From: Mobula hypostoma
Taxonomy: Eukaryota
Direction: 5' to 3'
DNA length: 64,000 bases
NCBI RefSeq assembly: GCF_963921235.1
Contig: NC_086103.1
Coordinates: forward strand, 10,478,001-10,542,000
Shown here in pieces: positions 45,750 through 59,039 of this stretch (the stretch's first letter is position 1; every line of letters begins with the position of its first letter). Under the pieces are notes generated by a model. That model was not told the DNA's origin, searched no databases, and saw nothing but the letters and a program-made list of their open reading frames with translations. Both the position numbers and the translations under genes were made by a program.

Positions 45750-46612
45750 TATTTAAATCTTACATCCGTCCCACAACGTGAGGGAGTAAAAACCTTTGCG
45801 TTATGACTCCATCGCAATGTACAGACATGTGAATTTGTAGGTGTAATGGCTTGTGGAAAGAAGTTGTCCCGTAGACTGTGCGTCCTGGCTTTAATGCTGC
45901 GGTACCGTTTGCCAGACGGAAGCAGCTGAAACAATTTATGGTTGGGGTGACTGTTGTCTCCAGTGACCTTACAGGCCTTCTTTACGCTCCTCAGTGTAAA
46001 TGTCCTCAGTGGAGGGCGGTTCACATCCACAGATGCGCTGCGCTGTCCGTACTATTCTCTGTAGTGCCAGCGATCAAAGTTGGTGCAATTCCCGTACCAG
46101 GCAATGATACAACTCTCAATGGTGCCTCTGCAGAAGGTTTTGAAGATTTGGGGGCTCATGTCGAACTTCTTCGGTTGCCTGAGGTGGAAGAGACGCCATT
46201 GTGTTTTTGTCACACAACCGGCGTGTACAGTGAGATCTTCGGTTATGTGTATACCGAGGAGTTTGAAACTACTCGCCCTCTCGACTGCGGTCCCATTGAT
46301 GTTGACCGGAGCGAGCCCGTCTCCGTTCCTCCTGTAATCCACAATCAGCTCTTTTGTGTTTTTTTTTACATTGAACAGGAGGTTGTTATCTTGGCACCAT
46401 TTTGTTAGGGTATTAACCTCTCCTCTGCGGGCTGTCTCGTCACCGCTAGAAATAAGGCGATCACTGTGTCATCTGCAAATTTGAGCAGCAGTTTGGAACT
46501 CTGTGTGGCAGCACAGTCGTGGATGTAAAGGGAGTAGAGGAGGGGGCTCAGGACAACGCTGGGGGGCACCTGTGTTGGGGGTCAGAGGGACAGTGGTGAG
46601 GGAGCCCATCCT
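45750..46612 (-). mobile_element. Rex1/Babar RT 3' half
   Basis: Minus strand contains KFADDT, VERASSFKLLGIHIT, CIIAWYGN and FQLLPSGKRYRS. Confidence 0.85.
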
Positions 46613-47579
46613 TACTTATATCCAGTAAGCACCAGGGAATCGGTTTGATGGAGACGTAACTTATTAAATATATAGTAAATGAAGTCTCATTAATGAATAA
46701 AGCTGGCCACAGTGTAACTGGGCACATGATAAACTAGCCCAGTTCAATAATGTGTCCAAGATTTTATTGCCCATTATGGAGAGCGCTGTTTGCTTAGACT
46801 TCCTGTGACTGCTATTTGTCACCGCATGGGATAATGGTATTCATATTGGTATATTTTACGCATCATTCTGCACCAAATCGCCTAATAAACAGAAAACATT
46901 AGCTTTGTAATTATGTTTTTCTTGATGCCTTTGATATCTTCCAACTTGTAAAATAGGAAGAAAGAGTCCATTCTGAAGAATCGTTAGATTTAAGGCAAAC
47001 TCGTATGTTTAAGAGGCAGCAGAAGATGTTTGTGGACAACAGTGTAAAATGTCGAAGTGGACCGTTAGGAAAACCCGAAAGCGACTGCAGACTTTTGAAA
47101 GCAGAAGGTCGAAAGGAAAATAACAGCGCCACAGTCCAACAGCTTCTGTTCCATTCCTTTCCAGCCCTGATGAAAGGTCTCGGCACGAAAAGTCAGCTGT
47201 TTATTCCATTGCAAAGATGATGCTTGACCTATTGAGTTCCTACAGCATTTTCCGTCGTTTGCTGTGGATTTCCAGCATCTGCAGAATCTCGTGTAATCTA
47301 ACTGTTCATTTAGGCAAACGACAGAAATAGATCGCCAATTGAACTCAAGTTAGGCTTGAGCAATTGAACTTCCCTTTCTCCTTTCCGGCTGCAAGAGCAC
47401 AAAGGCGGACACACTGTCTCTTTGAATCCAGCTGAAACAGAAATCGACTCTCAGCCCATCATTATATCCTAGCAAATCCTCGCCCCCGTCAGCTAGGCTG
47501 TTGAGAATCAGATTCGCTCGGCCCTGCAGTACGACCCTGCTCCGGCCAACGGCCATGCGCTATAATGCACTCCAGTGGG

Positions 47580-48360
47580 TCCCTTCCTTGCCCCTGTGCG
47601 GTTATCAAGGCACATATATTGCCACTTTCCGATGAGGCTACAGTCATCATAACAGTGGTGGACCGGTTCTCCAAGGTGACCAACTTCATTGTCCTCCATA
47701 AGTTTCCATTAGCCGGTGAGAGAGCGGAACTGGTTCTACAATATGTAGTTTGCCTGCACGGTTTCCATCAGTATATGTTGTTGGACTGGGGCCCAGGATT
47801 CGTCTCCTGCTTCTGGTGAGCTTTCTGCTTCCTATTCTGCAACTTAGTGAGTTTGTCCTCTGGCTATCATCCACAGACTCTCAATCACAAACAACCAATC
47901 AGTAAGTGGAGAAGTTTCTGTGGTGGTTCATCGCTCTCTAACTCTTCCACATGGAAAAAGTATCTGCTCTGGGCCGAGCTGTCCCACAATCTTCACATCT
48001 CCTCTGCCACAGGTATGTCACCTTTACTCATGTTTCATAGCCAAGAAACCTCGTTGATTTCCGTGGAGGAGCCAACAGTGGGGATCCAGTCTGCCATGGT
48101 ACACCGCAGCCAGAAAGCTTGGACGAGGGCATGGAGGGCAATCCTCGCTGATAATCTGCCTATTATCGCCAAGCCAACCACCAGCAATTCCCAGCCAGAC
48201 TATTCCAGCCTGGGGACTGTATCTGGCTGTAGCGTTGAGACCTGCCACTAGGCACAGGCTCCTGGAAGCTCTCGCCCAGGTTCATTAGTCACTTGAATAT
48301 TACCCATCGTATCAGTCTAGTCACCCTAACCTTCTCCAGCTGCCACCATCCATCAGGATC
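47580..48360 (+). mobile_element. Ty3/Gypsy (sushi-like) integrase remnant
   Basis: TVIITVVDRFSK..LHGF..LDWGPGFVSCFW / SLSSGYHPQT..LLWAELSHN..SATGMSP; broken by stops and frameshifts. Confidence 0.85.
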
Positions 48361-49311
48361 ACAGAGATGGAGAGACATTGCTTCACAAGTGTGTGAAGAA
48401 TTCAGATATTTTCTACCCATGATGGTTTTGTAGGCCCCGTCACTTGGAATATTAAAAACAGATCAATACATGTAAGCAAATCAAAGGAAGTGGTGTAGGT
48501 ATGAGACTGGTCATGGAAAGAAGTCAGCCAAGCTTTCAATTGACATAGAGTCATTGAGCACTACGGTACAGAAACAGGCCCCTCGGCACATCCAGTCTGT
48601 GTGGAAGCATGACTCTACGTTGTCCCATCGATCTGCACCGGGACCATAGCACTCCATACCCCTCCAGTCCTTGTACTTACACAAACTTCCCTTAACTATT
48701 GAAATTGAACCTGCATCCGCCACTTCTGCTGGCAACTTGTTGCACACTTTGTCCACCCTCATTTTTCCCTTAAAATGTCACCTTTCACCCTTATCCCATA
48801 ACCTCTAGTTCTAGTCTCACCCAACCTCAGTGGAAATAGCCTATTTGCATTTACCCTAATCGAAACCCCTAATAATTCTGTACACCTAAAATTTATTGTT
48901 ATACTTGTGGTGAATGTGATGTGATCTGAGCTAGAAGTATTGCATTTTTAAAAGCCAGAGCCAAAAAGCCACTCTAGAAATTATAAACATAAGAAATTCT
49001 GCAGGTGCTGGAAATACACAGCAACACACAGAAAATAATGTAGGTACTCAGCAGGTCAGGCAACATCAATGGTGGTAAGTCGACCTTCCATGGCAAGCCC
49101 TTCATCAGGATCTTTGGAAATTTTGTTTGGTGTCAAGTTACAGTGCTTTTCCTGCCATGGGACATTCGAGAATAATTCAAATGATTGTGCAGTCGGGCAA
49201 CCTATTTATACTGATATTGACTGAGAAAGAATATTATCCTCAGGCAACAGGAAACCTACATTTTCTCTTCCAAGAACCTCAATAAGGCAGACAATCAGTT
49301 TGAAATCTCTC

Positions 49312-50520
49312 TGTCATAAGGTGGTGGCTGGGAAACGGACCCAAGTGCAAGACACAGACACTGAAGTACTAGGGACAGGACTAGGATACAGGGTGAGGGC
49401 TAGGACATGGACACAAAAACCGGAAACCCAGAACAGGACTGGACCAGAGAGCTAGGAGCCAGGGCTTGGACTCCGAGCCAGAGACTGGACAAGGACCCAG
49501 AACCTGGGTTGTGCCACTGGCTCGGACCCCAGAACTAGACAAGGACATGACTTAGCTGGCAGGCAGGACAAGGCTGGAGTCTTCAGACTTGAAGCAAGGC
49601 TTGAGACCAGAGACTTGGGGCGAGGCTTGAGACCAGAGACTTGAGGTGAGGCTGGAGACCAGAGACTTGTGGCGAGGCTTGAGACTAGAGGCTTGAGGCT
49701 TGGGGTCTTGAAGCTTGGCTTGGGGCAAGGCTCGAGGCTTGGGGGTCTAGAAGCTCCTCCTCGGCAGGGTGTGGTGCTCCTTGGCAGGGCACGGTACTCC
49801 TGGGCAGGGCGCGGATCACCTGGGCAGGGTGCGGATCTCCACCCAACGGAGGCAAGAGACAGGGAGGGACAGAAACCACTGCAGGGTAACAGCAATCTGG
49901 CCTGGCTTACCCGATGGAGGCAAGGGACAGGAAGGGACTGAACCAACCGCAGGGTGATGGCAATCTGGCCTGACTTACCAACGGAGGCAGGGGACAGGAA
50001 GGGACAGAACCCACCGCAGGGTAACGGCAATCTGGCCTGACTTACCTGATGGAGACAAGGGACAGGAAGGGACAGGACCCACCACAGGGTAACGGCAATC
50101 TGGTCTGGCTTACCCGACAGAGGCAAGGAACAGAAAGGGAGCTAAGTACAGGGTGGTTCCAAGACGAGACTTCAGGAGAGGAGAGGCGAGATTTACCAGC
50201 AAGCTTAGGCAAAGCTTCAGGCAACGCAAGGCGAAACAAGAACTTCAGGCAAGGCGAGGCGAGAGTTACCGGCAAGACAAGGCAAGGCTTCAGGCATGGA
50301 AACAGAAGGCAGGGGAAGGGATACAAGGAGTAAGGACAAGAACAATCCAGCAGCCACGCCCTGGTCACTGGAGGTATTTAAGCAGCCAGCTCCAACGAGA
50401 ATCAGCTGCCTCAATTAGTGCTCAACTGGAACAGAAACAGGGTAGACAGGAAAACCTGGAGTAAGGGTCGATGGACAGACCGTGAACCGGAATGCGGACT
50501 TCACATACCGGACCATGACA
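49312..50520 (-). mobile_element. Solo LTR (1209 bp) with internal tandem repeats
   Basis: Termini TGTCAT...ATGACA; 5-bp TSD CTCTC (49307-49311 / 50521-50525); internal ~68-bp and ~25-bp arrays. Strand inferred from TATA-like CTTAAATA on minus (~50375-50382). Confidence 0.9.
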
Positions 50521-51159
50521 CTCTCATGATGCATGATGCATTTAATAATGTATTACTGTTACTAGTGATTTTTTTTGATCAAACTGTAGAGACCAGTATT
50601 GAATGAGAGGAAATTTCAGCAGAGAAAAATATTTTGACAATGTTCTATTGTTGATAACTACCCAAATACTACCTCACATAGTATAACTATCATCAACCAT
50701 GGATGAATGTAACCAAATGAAACAGAGTTCTTCCAGGGCCATGGTGCAAAATACATTATCAATAACGCAAAGTACATAGCACATAGCACATATAGCACAC
50801 ATGGTTGTGATAGCAGAAATTTTACAGCCACAAAAATAATAATATAGTCCAGATCCACGAACTTCATAGTCTGTAGGTTGAAGGGACATAGGATATTGTT
50901 CTGGTCTAGCTTGTTCTTCCAGCGAGCAAACACTGGAAGGTAGCACTGAGCAAACACTGCAGAGCGTACTGAACACTGGAGAGCAGTACTGATGGGAGTG
51001 GCCCATCGCCAACCCAACTTCAATTGGCCCGCAGAGGCCTCTGCTCTCGGCCACACCTTGGGGGATGAAACAGATGACGCCTCTGCATGAGGGGTTCTAG
51101 TCCATGTCACAACTAAGGCATGGACTAGAACCAATGAACCAGTGAGCTGGCAATATTCT

Positions 51160-51441
51160 CTTTCTCCGGCTGTCCATCAATTTTCAATGATGACTGAGGC
51201 CTGGGCAAGTTTGTATGGAAGACCGGCAGTTGGCCATGCTGCAAGTCTCCTCTCTCCACACCACCGATGTTGTCTAAGGGAAAGGCACTAGGACGCATAC
51301 AGCTTGGCACCGGGGTCATCACAGAGCAATATGTGGTTAAGTGCCTTGCTCAAGGAGACAACACGTCGCCTCAGCTGAGGCTCGAACTAGTGACCTTCAG
51401 ATCACTAGACCGACACCTTAACCACTTGGCCACATGCTACA
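51160..51441 (-). mobile_element. tRNA-derived SINE (copy 3, alternative 3' tail)
   Basis: Head and body colinear with copies 1 and 2; 13-bp TSD CTGGCAATATTCT (51147-51159 / 51442-51454). Confidence 0.88.
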
Positions 51442-52319
51442 CTGGCAATATTCTACATAACCAATGTCCAACATGGTCTTATAATTGCAAGAAAAACACC
51501 CAAGGTAATCACTGGCACCATGCACCCACTCAACACATCAACAATATACAACAAGTTTAGGTGACAGCACAAAATCAGTACATAATAAGTACAACTCCAT
51601 GGTTATTAAGAAGTTCATTGAATGAGTAGACCTGCAGTACTTGCTTTTCCTAATATCCTGCAGTATCTTGCAATTGTAAAAGGAATGTTAGAGATGAACA
51701 ATTATATCTTTGATTGGACGCAGAGTTGCTGCTGTGTCTCACCAGTCCCCTTAGATCTTACTTCTTATTTAAAGAGCATTTCACAGAATATGGGAATGTT
51801 TACATCTTGGAGAGAAAGCATCTAGCCTAGTAAACCCATACATGCATTATGCTGCCACTATCCTGTCCTCTCACTACAGACTTGAGAATTCTTTCCTTAG
51901 AAACAATTAGCCACCCCAACCAAGTTCCAACACACACCTTCATCTCCAAATTAATCATGACTATCATGACTCTTCGTGGACACATGGCTCACTTTCACCC
52001 CCAGATCCTGGTTTCAAACGAAACCTTATAAGATCATTGATTTGTCTTCAGTGAACCTTGTGCTAAGCTATAATAAGTGATACAGATGGTTCTTTAAGAC
52101 ATTTTTAAATCCAATTTCCTTGACCATGTCTTCAAATGTCTCTTTGAAATTTTCCAACTTAGGTTAAGTCGATTTCTTTGTATTTGTCTTTCACTGAATT
52201 TTTGTGCATATTTTAAGCCTTAAATTATTTCTGTAAATTAATTTAAGGCTTAAAAATGGTCAGAAGTTCATTTTGAATTTGACAATCTTGAATGCATAAT
52301 TATGTTCTGCGACATGATC

Positions 52320-55300
52320 AGAGCAAGAGGCCGGAAATCGGAGCAAGAGGCCAAGAGAGAAGGAGTAAGGAATCTCGGACAGAAGACATTTTTTTTCACA
52401 CTGCTCGGGAAAAAGAGGCCAGACTGCACAGCCGTGTGATGTAGAGTGCCAAAGGTTTAAAAAGAACCACCATATACAGCGGGCAGCGTTGAGAGTGGGC
52501 AGTGGAGTAAGAGGGAGAAGAATGGGACGGCTTTGGCTCAACAGGCTTTGGAATGAACAGGCAGAGGCAAGGGTAGTTTCCGATAAGTTTTGTTTTGTTG
52601 GTTTAGAGTAGAGAGAATGCCAGGCAGGATGTTGGAATGCTCCTCTTGCAGGATGTGGGAAGTGAAGGAGACCTCCAGTGTCCCTGACAATGACACCTGC
52701 AAGAAGTGCATCCAGCTGCAGCTCCTAACAAACCGCGTTAGGGAACTGGAGCAGGAGCTGGATGACCTGCGGATCATTCGGGAGAATGAGGCGATTATAG
52801 ATAGTAGCTACAGGGAGGTAGTTACGCCAAAGGAACAGCACACAGATAATTGGGTTACCGTCAGGCGAGGGAAGGGGAAAGAGAAGGCAGAGCAGGGTTC
52901 CCCTGTGGCCATTCCCCTCAACAACAAGTGTACCGAGTTGGATACTGTTGGGGGGATGACTTACCTGGGACGATCTGCGGCAGCCAGATCTCTGGCACTG
53001 AGTCTGGTTCTGCAGTGCAGAAGGGAGGGTGGCAGAAGAGGAGAGCGGTAGTGATAGGGGACTCAATAGTTAAAGGTCCAGAAAGGAGGTTCTGTGGTCG
53101 TGACGGAGATTCCAGAATGGTTTGTTGCCTCCTGGGTGCCAGGGTGAAGGATGTCTCTGATGGCGTGCACAGCATTCTGAAGTGAGAGGGTGATCAGCCA
53201 GATGTCATGGAGTACACCTTGGTACCAAAGACGTAGGAAGAAAGAGTGAGGAGGTCTGAAGAGTGAGTATAGAGAGCTTGGTAGGAAGTTGAAAAGCAGG
53301 ACCTCGAGGGTGGTAATCTCAGGATTGCTACCTGTGTTATGTGCCAGTGAGGGTAAGAATAGGATGCTCTGGCAGATGAACACGTGGCTGAGGAACTGGT
53401 GTACGGGGCAAGGTTTCAGATTTCAGAATCATTGGGTCCTCTTCTGGGGCAGGTGGGACCTGTACAAAAGAGATAGGTTACACCTGAACTACAAGGGGAC
53501 CAATATCCTTGCAGGGAGGTCTGTTAGTGCTATTGGGGAGGCTTTAAACTAGATTTGCAGGGGGATGGGAACCAGAGTGCCAGAGAAGATACTGGAGCAG
53601 GGGTGAAAATAAATGATGTTAAAAGTTCATGCAAAGCCGCAAATAGAAGGGTTGTGTGTAGTGGCAATAATCTTCTGAGGTGCATCTACTTCAATGCTAG
53701 GAGTATTGTGGGGAAGGCTGACGAGCTGAGGGTGTGGATTGACACATGGAATTACAACATTATAGGCATTAGTGAAACTTGCTGCAGGAGGGGCAGAACT
53801 GGCAGATTAATGTTCCACGGACCCATGTTTCAGACGTGATAGAGGCAGAGGAATGATGGGTGGTGAGGTGGCATTGCCAGTCAGGGAAAATGTTACAGCA
53901 GTTCTCAGGCAGGACAGATTAGAGGGTTTGTCTACTGAGTCCTTATGGGTGGAGCTGAGAAACGGGAGAGGTATGACCACATTAATGGGGCTGTATTATA
54001 GACCACCCAATAGTCAGGGAGAATTGGAGGAGCAAATCTGCAGAGAGATAGCAGGCAACTGCAGGAAACATAAAGTTGAGATAGTAGGGGATTTTAATTT
54101 TCAACATATTGATTGGGATTCCCATATTGTTAAAGGTCTAGACAGGTTAGAGTTTGCAAAATATGTTCAGGAAAGTTTTCTAAATCAAGGTACCAACTGG
54201 AGAGGATGCAACATTAGATCTCCTATTAGGAAACGAGTTAGGACAGATGACGGAAGTGTGTGTACGGGAACACTTTGGTTCCAGTGATCACAACACCATT
54301 AGTTTCAACTTGATCATAGATAAAGATAGATCTGGTCCTTGGGTTGAGGTTCTAAACTGGAAAAAGGCCAAATTTGAAGAAATGAGAAAGGATCTAAAAA
54401 GCATGAATTGGGACAGGTTGTTCCCTGTCAGGGATGTGATTGGTAAGTAGAAGGCTTCCAAAGGAGATATTTTGAGAGTGCAGTGTTTGTATGTTCCTGT
54501 CCGGATTAAAGGCAAAGTGAATAAGAATAAGGAACCTTGATTTTCAAGGGATATTGGAACTCTGACAAAGAAGAAGAGAGAGATGTATGACATGTATAGG
54601 AAACAGGGAGCAAATAAGGTGCTTGAGGAACATAAAAAGTGCAAAAAAATACTTAAGAAAGAAATCAGGAGAGCTAAAAGAAGACATGAGGTTGCTTTGG
54701 CAGTCAAGGTGAAGGATAATCCAAACAGCTTCTGCAGGTATATGAAGAGCAAAAGGATAGTAAGGGATAAAATTGGTCCTCTTGAAGATCAGAGTGGTCG
54801 GCTATGTATGGAACCAAAAGAAATAGGGGAGCTCTTAAGTGGGTTTTTTGCGTCTGTATTTACTAAGGAAACTGGCATAGAGTCAATGGAAATAAGGGAA
54901 ACAAGTAGTGAGGTCATGGAACCTGTACAGATTGGGGAGGAGGAGGTGCTTGCTATCTTGAGGCAAATCAGAGTAGATAAATCCCCAGGACCTGACAGGG
55001 TATTCCCTCAGACCTTGAAGGAGACTAGTGTTGAAATTGCAGGGGCCTTGGCAGATATATTTTAAATGTTGGTATCTACGGGTGAGGTGCCAGATGTTGT
55101 TCTGTTATTTAAAAAAGGCTCTAAAAGTAATCCAAGAAATTACAGGCTGGTAAATTTGACGTTGGTATTAGGTAAATTATTGGAAGAAGTACTGAGCAAT
55201 TGGATCTACAATATTTGGATAGACAGGGAATTATTAGGGAGAGTCAACATGGCTTTGTGCATGGTAGGTCATGTTTAACCGATCTATTACAGTTTTTAGA

Positions 55301-56544
55301 GGACGTTACCAGGAAAGTGGATGAAGGGAAGGCAGTGGATGTTGTCTACATGGACTTCAGTAAGGCCTTTGACAAGGTCCCGCATGGGAGGTTAGTGAGA
55401 AAGATTCAGTCGCTAGGTATACATGGAACGGTAGTAAAGTGGATTAGACATTAGCTCAATGGAAGAAGCCATGGAGTGGTAGTGGAGGATTGCTTCTCAG
55501 AGTGGAGGCCTGTGACTAGTGGTGTGTCACAGGGATCAGTGCTGGGTCCATTGTTATTTGTCATCTATATCAATGATCTGGATGATAATGTGACAAATTG
55601 GATCAGCAAATTTGCTGATGATACAAAGATTGGAGGTGTAGTGGACAGTGAGGAAGGTTTTCAAAGCTTGCAGAGGGATATGGACCAGCTGGAAGAATGG
55701 GCTGAAAAATGGCAGATGGAGTTCAACACAGACAAGTGTGAGGAGGTATTGCACTTTGGAAGGACAAACCAAAGTAGAACATACAAGGTAAATGGTAGGG
55801 CACTGAGGAATGCAGTAGAACAGAGGGATCTGGGAATACAGATACAAAATTCCCTAAAAGTGGCATCACAGGTAGATAGGCTACTAGGCCACTTGTCATA
55901 AAGAGAGCTTTTGGTACATTGGCCTTCATAAATCAAACTATTGAGTATAAGAGTTGGAATATTATGGTGAGGTTGTATAAGGCATTGGTGAGGCTGAATT
56001 TGGAGCATTGTGTGCAGTTTTGGTCACCAAATTACAGGAAGAATATTAATAAGGTTGAAAGAGTGCAGAGAAGGTTTACAAGGATGTTGCTGGGACTTGA
56101 GAAATTGAGTTACAGAGAAAGATTGAATAAGTTAGGACTTTATTCCCTGGAGCGTAGAAGACTGAGGGGAGATTTGATAGAGGTATATAAAATTATGATG
56201 GGTATAGATAGAGTGAATGCAAGCAGGCTTTTTCCACTGAGGCTAGGGGAGAAAAAAAAAACCAGAGGACATGGGTTAAGGCTGAAGGGGGAAAAGTTTA
56301 AAGGGAACATTAGTGGGGGCTTCCTCAGACAGAGAGTGGTGGGAGTGAGGAATGAGCTGCCAGATGAAGTGGTAAATGTGGGCTCACTTTTAACATTTAA
56401 GAAAAACTTGGACAGGTACATGGATGAGAGGTGTACGGAGGGATATGGTCCAGCTGCAGGTCAGTGGGACTAGGCAGAAAAATGGTTCAGCACAGCCAAG
56501 AAGTGCTGTTTCTGAGCTGTAATGTTCATGGTTCTATGGTTCTA
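52320..56544 (+). mobile_element. Near full-length CR1 LINE, inactivated
   Basis: ORF1: CxxC..CxxC zinc finger, coiled coil, SGNH esterase (VIGDSIV..VCCLLGARVKDV). ORF2: APE (YFNARSI), RT (YMDFSKAFDKVPH, SKFADDTK) and C-terminus. (GGTTCTAT)n tail; several stops and frameshifts. Confidence 0.93.
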
Positions 56545-56619
56545 CGCATGAAAGATGGTCCTATTCAGAATGAGGTCATATATAAAATTAAATAACTCTT
56601 GATGCGCATTTGCAGAAGT

Positions 56620-57330
56620 TTAACAGAACAGTGCATACAGGCCCTTCAGTCAATGATATTGAGCAAACCTTCTTAATCTACTCCAGGATCAAGCTAACGC
56701 AGACCTCCATTTTTTGTCTATGTGTCTGTCCTAGAACCTCTCTTAAAAATTCCCAGTGTACCTGTATCTACCACCACCCCCAGCAGCGTGCTCCACGCAC
56801 CCGTCAGTGTGTAAAAATCTACCTCTGATATCCCACCTACACTTTCTTCTAATCACTTTAAAAGTTTGCCCTCTCACGGTAACCATTTCTGCCCTGGGAA
56901 ATAGTTGCTGGCTGTCACTCCATTACATCTCTTACCATCTTGTACATCTCTCATCTTCTTTGCTCCAAGGAGAAAAGCCCTAGCTTACTCAACCTTTCCT
57001 CATAAGGCATGCTCTCTAATCCAGACAATATCTTGGTAAATCTGCTCACCCTCTCCAAAGTTCCTATATATTTCCTATTTTGAGATGACTAGAACCGAGC
57101 ACAATATTCCAAATATGGTCTAACTCAAGTTTTATTGAGCCACAGCAATGTCTCACAGCACTTGAGCTCAATCCAGTGTCTAAAAAATGCCAACACACAT
57201 GGGCCTTCTCAACCACTCCATGAACTTATACAGCAAATTTGAGGAATTTGTGGACATGGACCCCAAGATCAATCTGTTCCTCCAAACAGCTAAGAATCCT
57301 GCCATAAACCCCATATTCTTCCTTTATATT
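56620..57330 (-). mobile_element. CR1 3' fragment, tail-to-tail with the preceding CR1
   Basis: Aligns by eye with the 40465-41030 fragment. Confidence 0.7.
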
Positions 57331-59039
57331 GCAAAATCACTGTGAGATGTGCAAACAAAGCCATTTCTTGGATAGAAACCTCCTATGGAAACTTGTTTGA
57401 TGAAATAGTTTTAATAATAATTTGAAAAAGTATGTATCAGAATGAGGGATTGTAGCAGCAGAATAGTTAAGGAGTTTAATATAGCTTTACAGTATAGGAT
57501 GTCTGGATGGAGTAAAGAAACTAGCCAAATGTAGCTACAATGCAAGATTATTCTCAGCATTACAGAAATCCTATTCATTTAGAAAATATCAGTGGAATGA
57601 CTTGTTTTACAGCTCTGAGAGCAACGGATTGCCATCCATAAACTGAAGCAGCAGTTCCAAGACATCAATGATTGCAGCAAAATGGAACTCAGATAGATGG
57701 TTATTGGACATATTTTAGAAGTCCTCCATTGGTCGCAGTCAAACATGAATATGCATCCTAGCTGCCAAGGTATACAAAAGCCAAAATGCATCCCAGGGCA
57801 GTATGACATGGAAAGTAAGCTGTTGCCAATGCAGCAAGCTTCATCGTTCCATGCAGCTGATGAATTCAAAGGTACGGCAGAGAGGGATGTAGTTTGGCAC
57901 CAGTGGTGTTGCAGGAGTTGATAATCAGCATTGACCTTAACAAAGGACTCCTTAGGGACGCTAGCTCCAGAACCTTCCTCAGGATTTACTCCTGAAACTT
58001 TCCCCCATGAGTGGATATAGCCCCTAGGCAGCAAAGGTTTGGGATCAGAGTTTTTCTTCTCCTTGGTGAGTTGTCAATCATGGTTGATGAGATCCATCTG
58101 CCCGATTCAGCTGGCTTTAATGACAACATTTCAGGATGTATATTGTATACATTTCTCTGGCATTAAGTTGGACTTTCGAACCTTTAGGTCTTTATCAGTA
58201 GAAACAGTTCCACTGGGCTTAGTAGCTAAGCCACACATGAAGGCCTGGAGCTGGACTTGGTTGTTAGAGGCTATTTGAGATGCACACCATTGCGAGCATT
58301 TAATTGGTGGTGGGAGCTTATCCCAACTACATCTCCTGGCTTTGACAACCTAAAGAGCCTCCAAAGATCCTCACCATGACCTCCTAACTTTTATACTCAA
58401 TGCCCTGTTTTATGAAGACTAGTGTGCCAAAAGCATGGATGGGGCTCTATCAGCCAAGGATATATCTATTGCACCTGTAACAAAATGCATCACAGGTACA
58501 AAATAACATTGGCTGCATTTGAATCATGTTGATTTCAGAAGAGAAATCTTAAGCAATAGAAGTAATTAAACATAAAGCAGGTTTGTGGCAGAAAAGTTTG
58601 CCTTTACATATTCCCTATTAATGTCGTTTCTGGTTCCAAAATTCTACTGAATCTAGTTTCTATTGAAATACATAGAATAGATTACATCAAGTACCTATTT
58701 GTAGCCTGACAGCATTAACATTTTTATGAAAACTAACACACTTTATATTTGATTATATCTCACTGAAAACAAAATTTCATAACTATACTTGCAAATCTAT
58801 TACAAACCTGCAATTGATTGCTGGGTGGTGCAGCTCACTGGGCTGGAAGGGTCTGTTCCATGCTGAATCTTAATAAATGAAACAACATTAGAACTTCTAT
58901 TCATTGAAAAATTTTAACAAATTCCAACATTAACAAAAACTTCAGTTTGTAAAACTAAATCCATCCTCAGTTCGATAAGTTGGAGTACTAGGTTGGTTCA
59001 TTAATTCTGTAGCCATTTTCTATTGTTCTCAATATATAG

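Noticed and set aside
49452-50126. 224-aa Pro/Ser/Leu-rich ORF
   Set aside because: Arises from tandem repeats inside the solo LTR; no recognisable domain.
49840-50140. CRISPR-like repeat array (also 39097-39272)
   Set aside because: Units are contiguous with no unique spacers, and the context is eukaryotic.
57980-58370. Possible RTE-type 5' UTR or other repeat
   Set aside because: Looks repeat-like but has no second copy, TSD or protein motif in the window to support a call.
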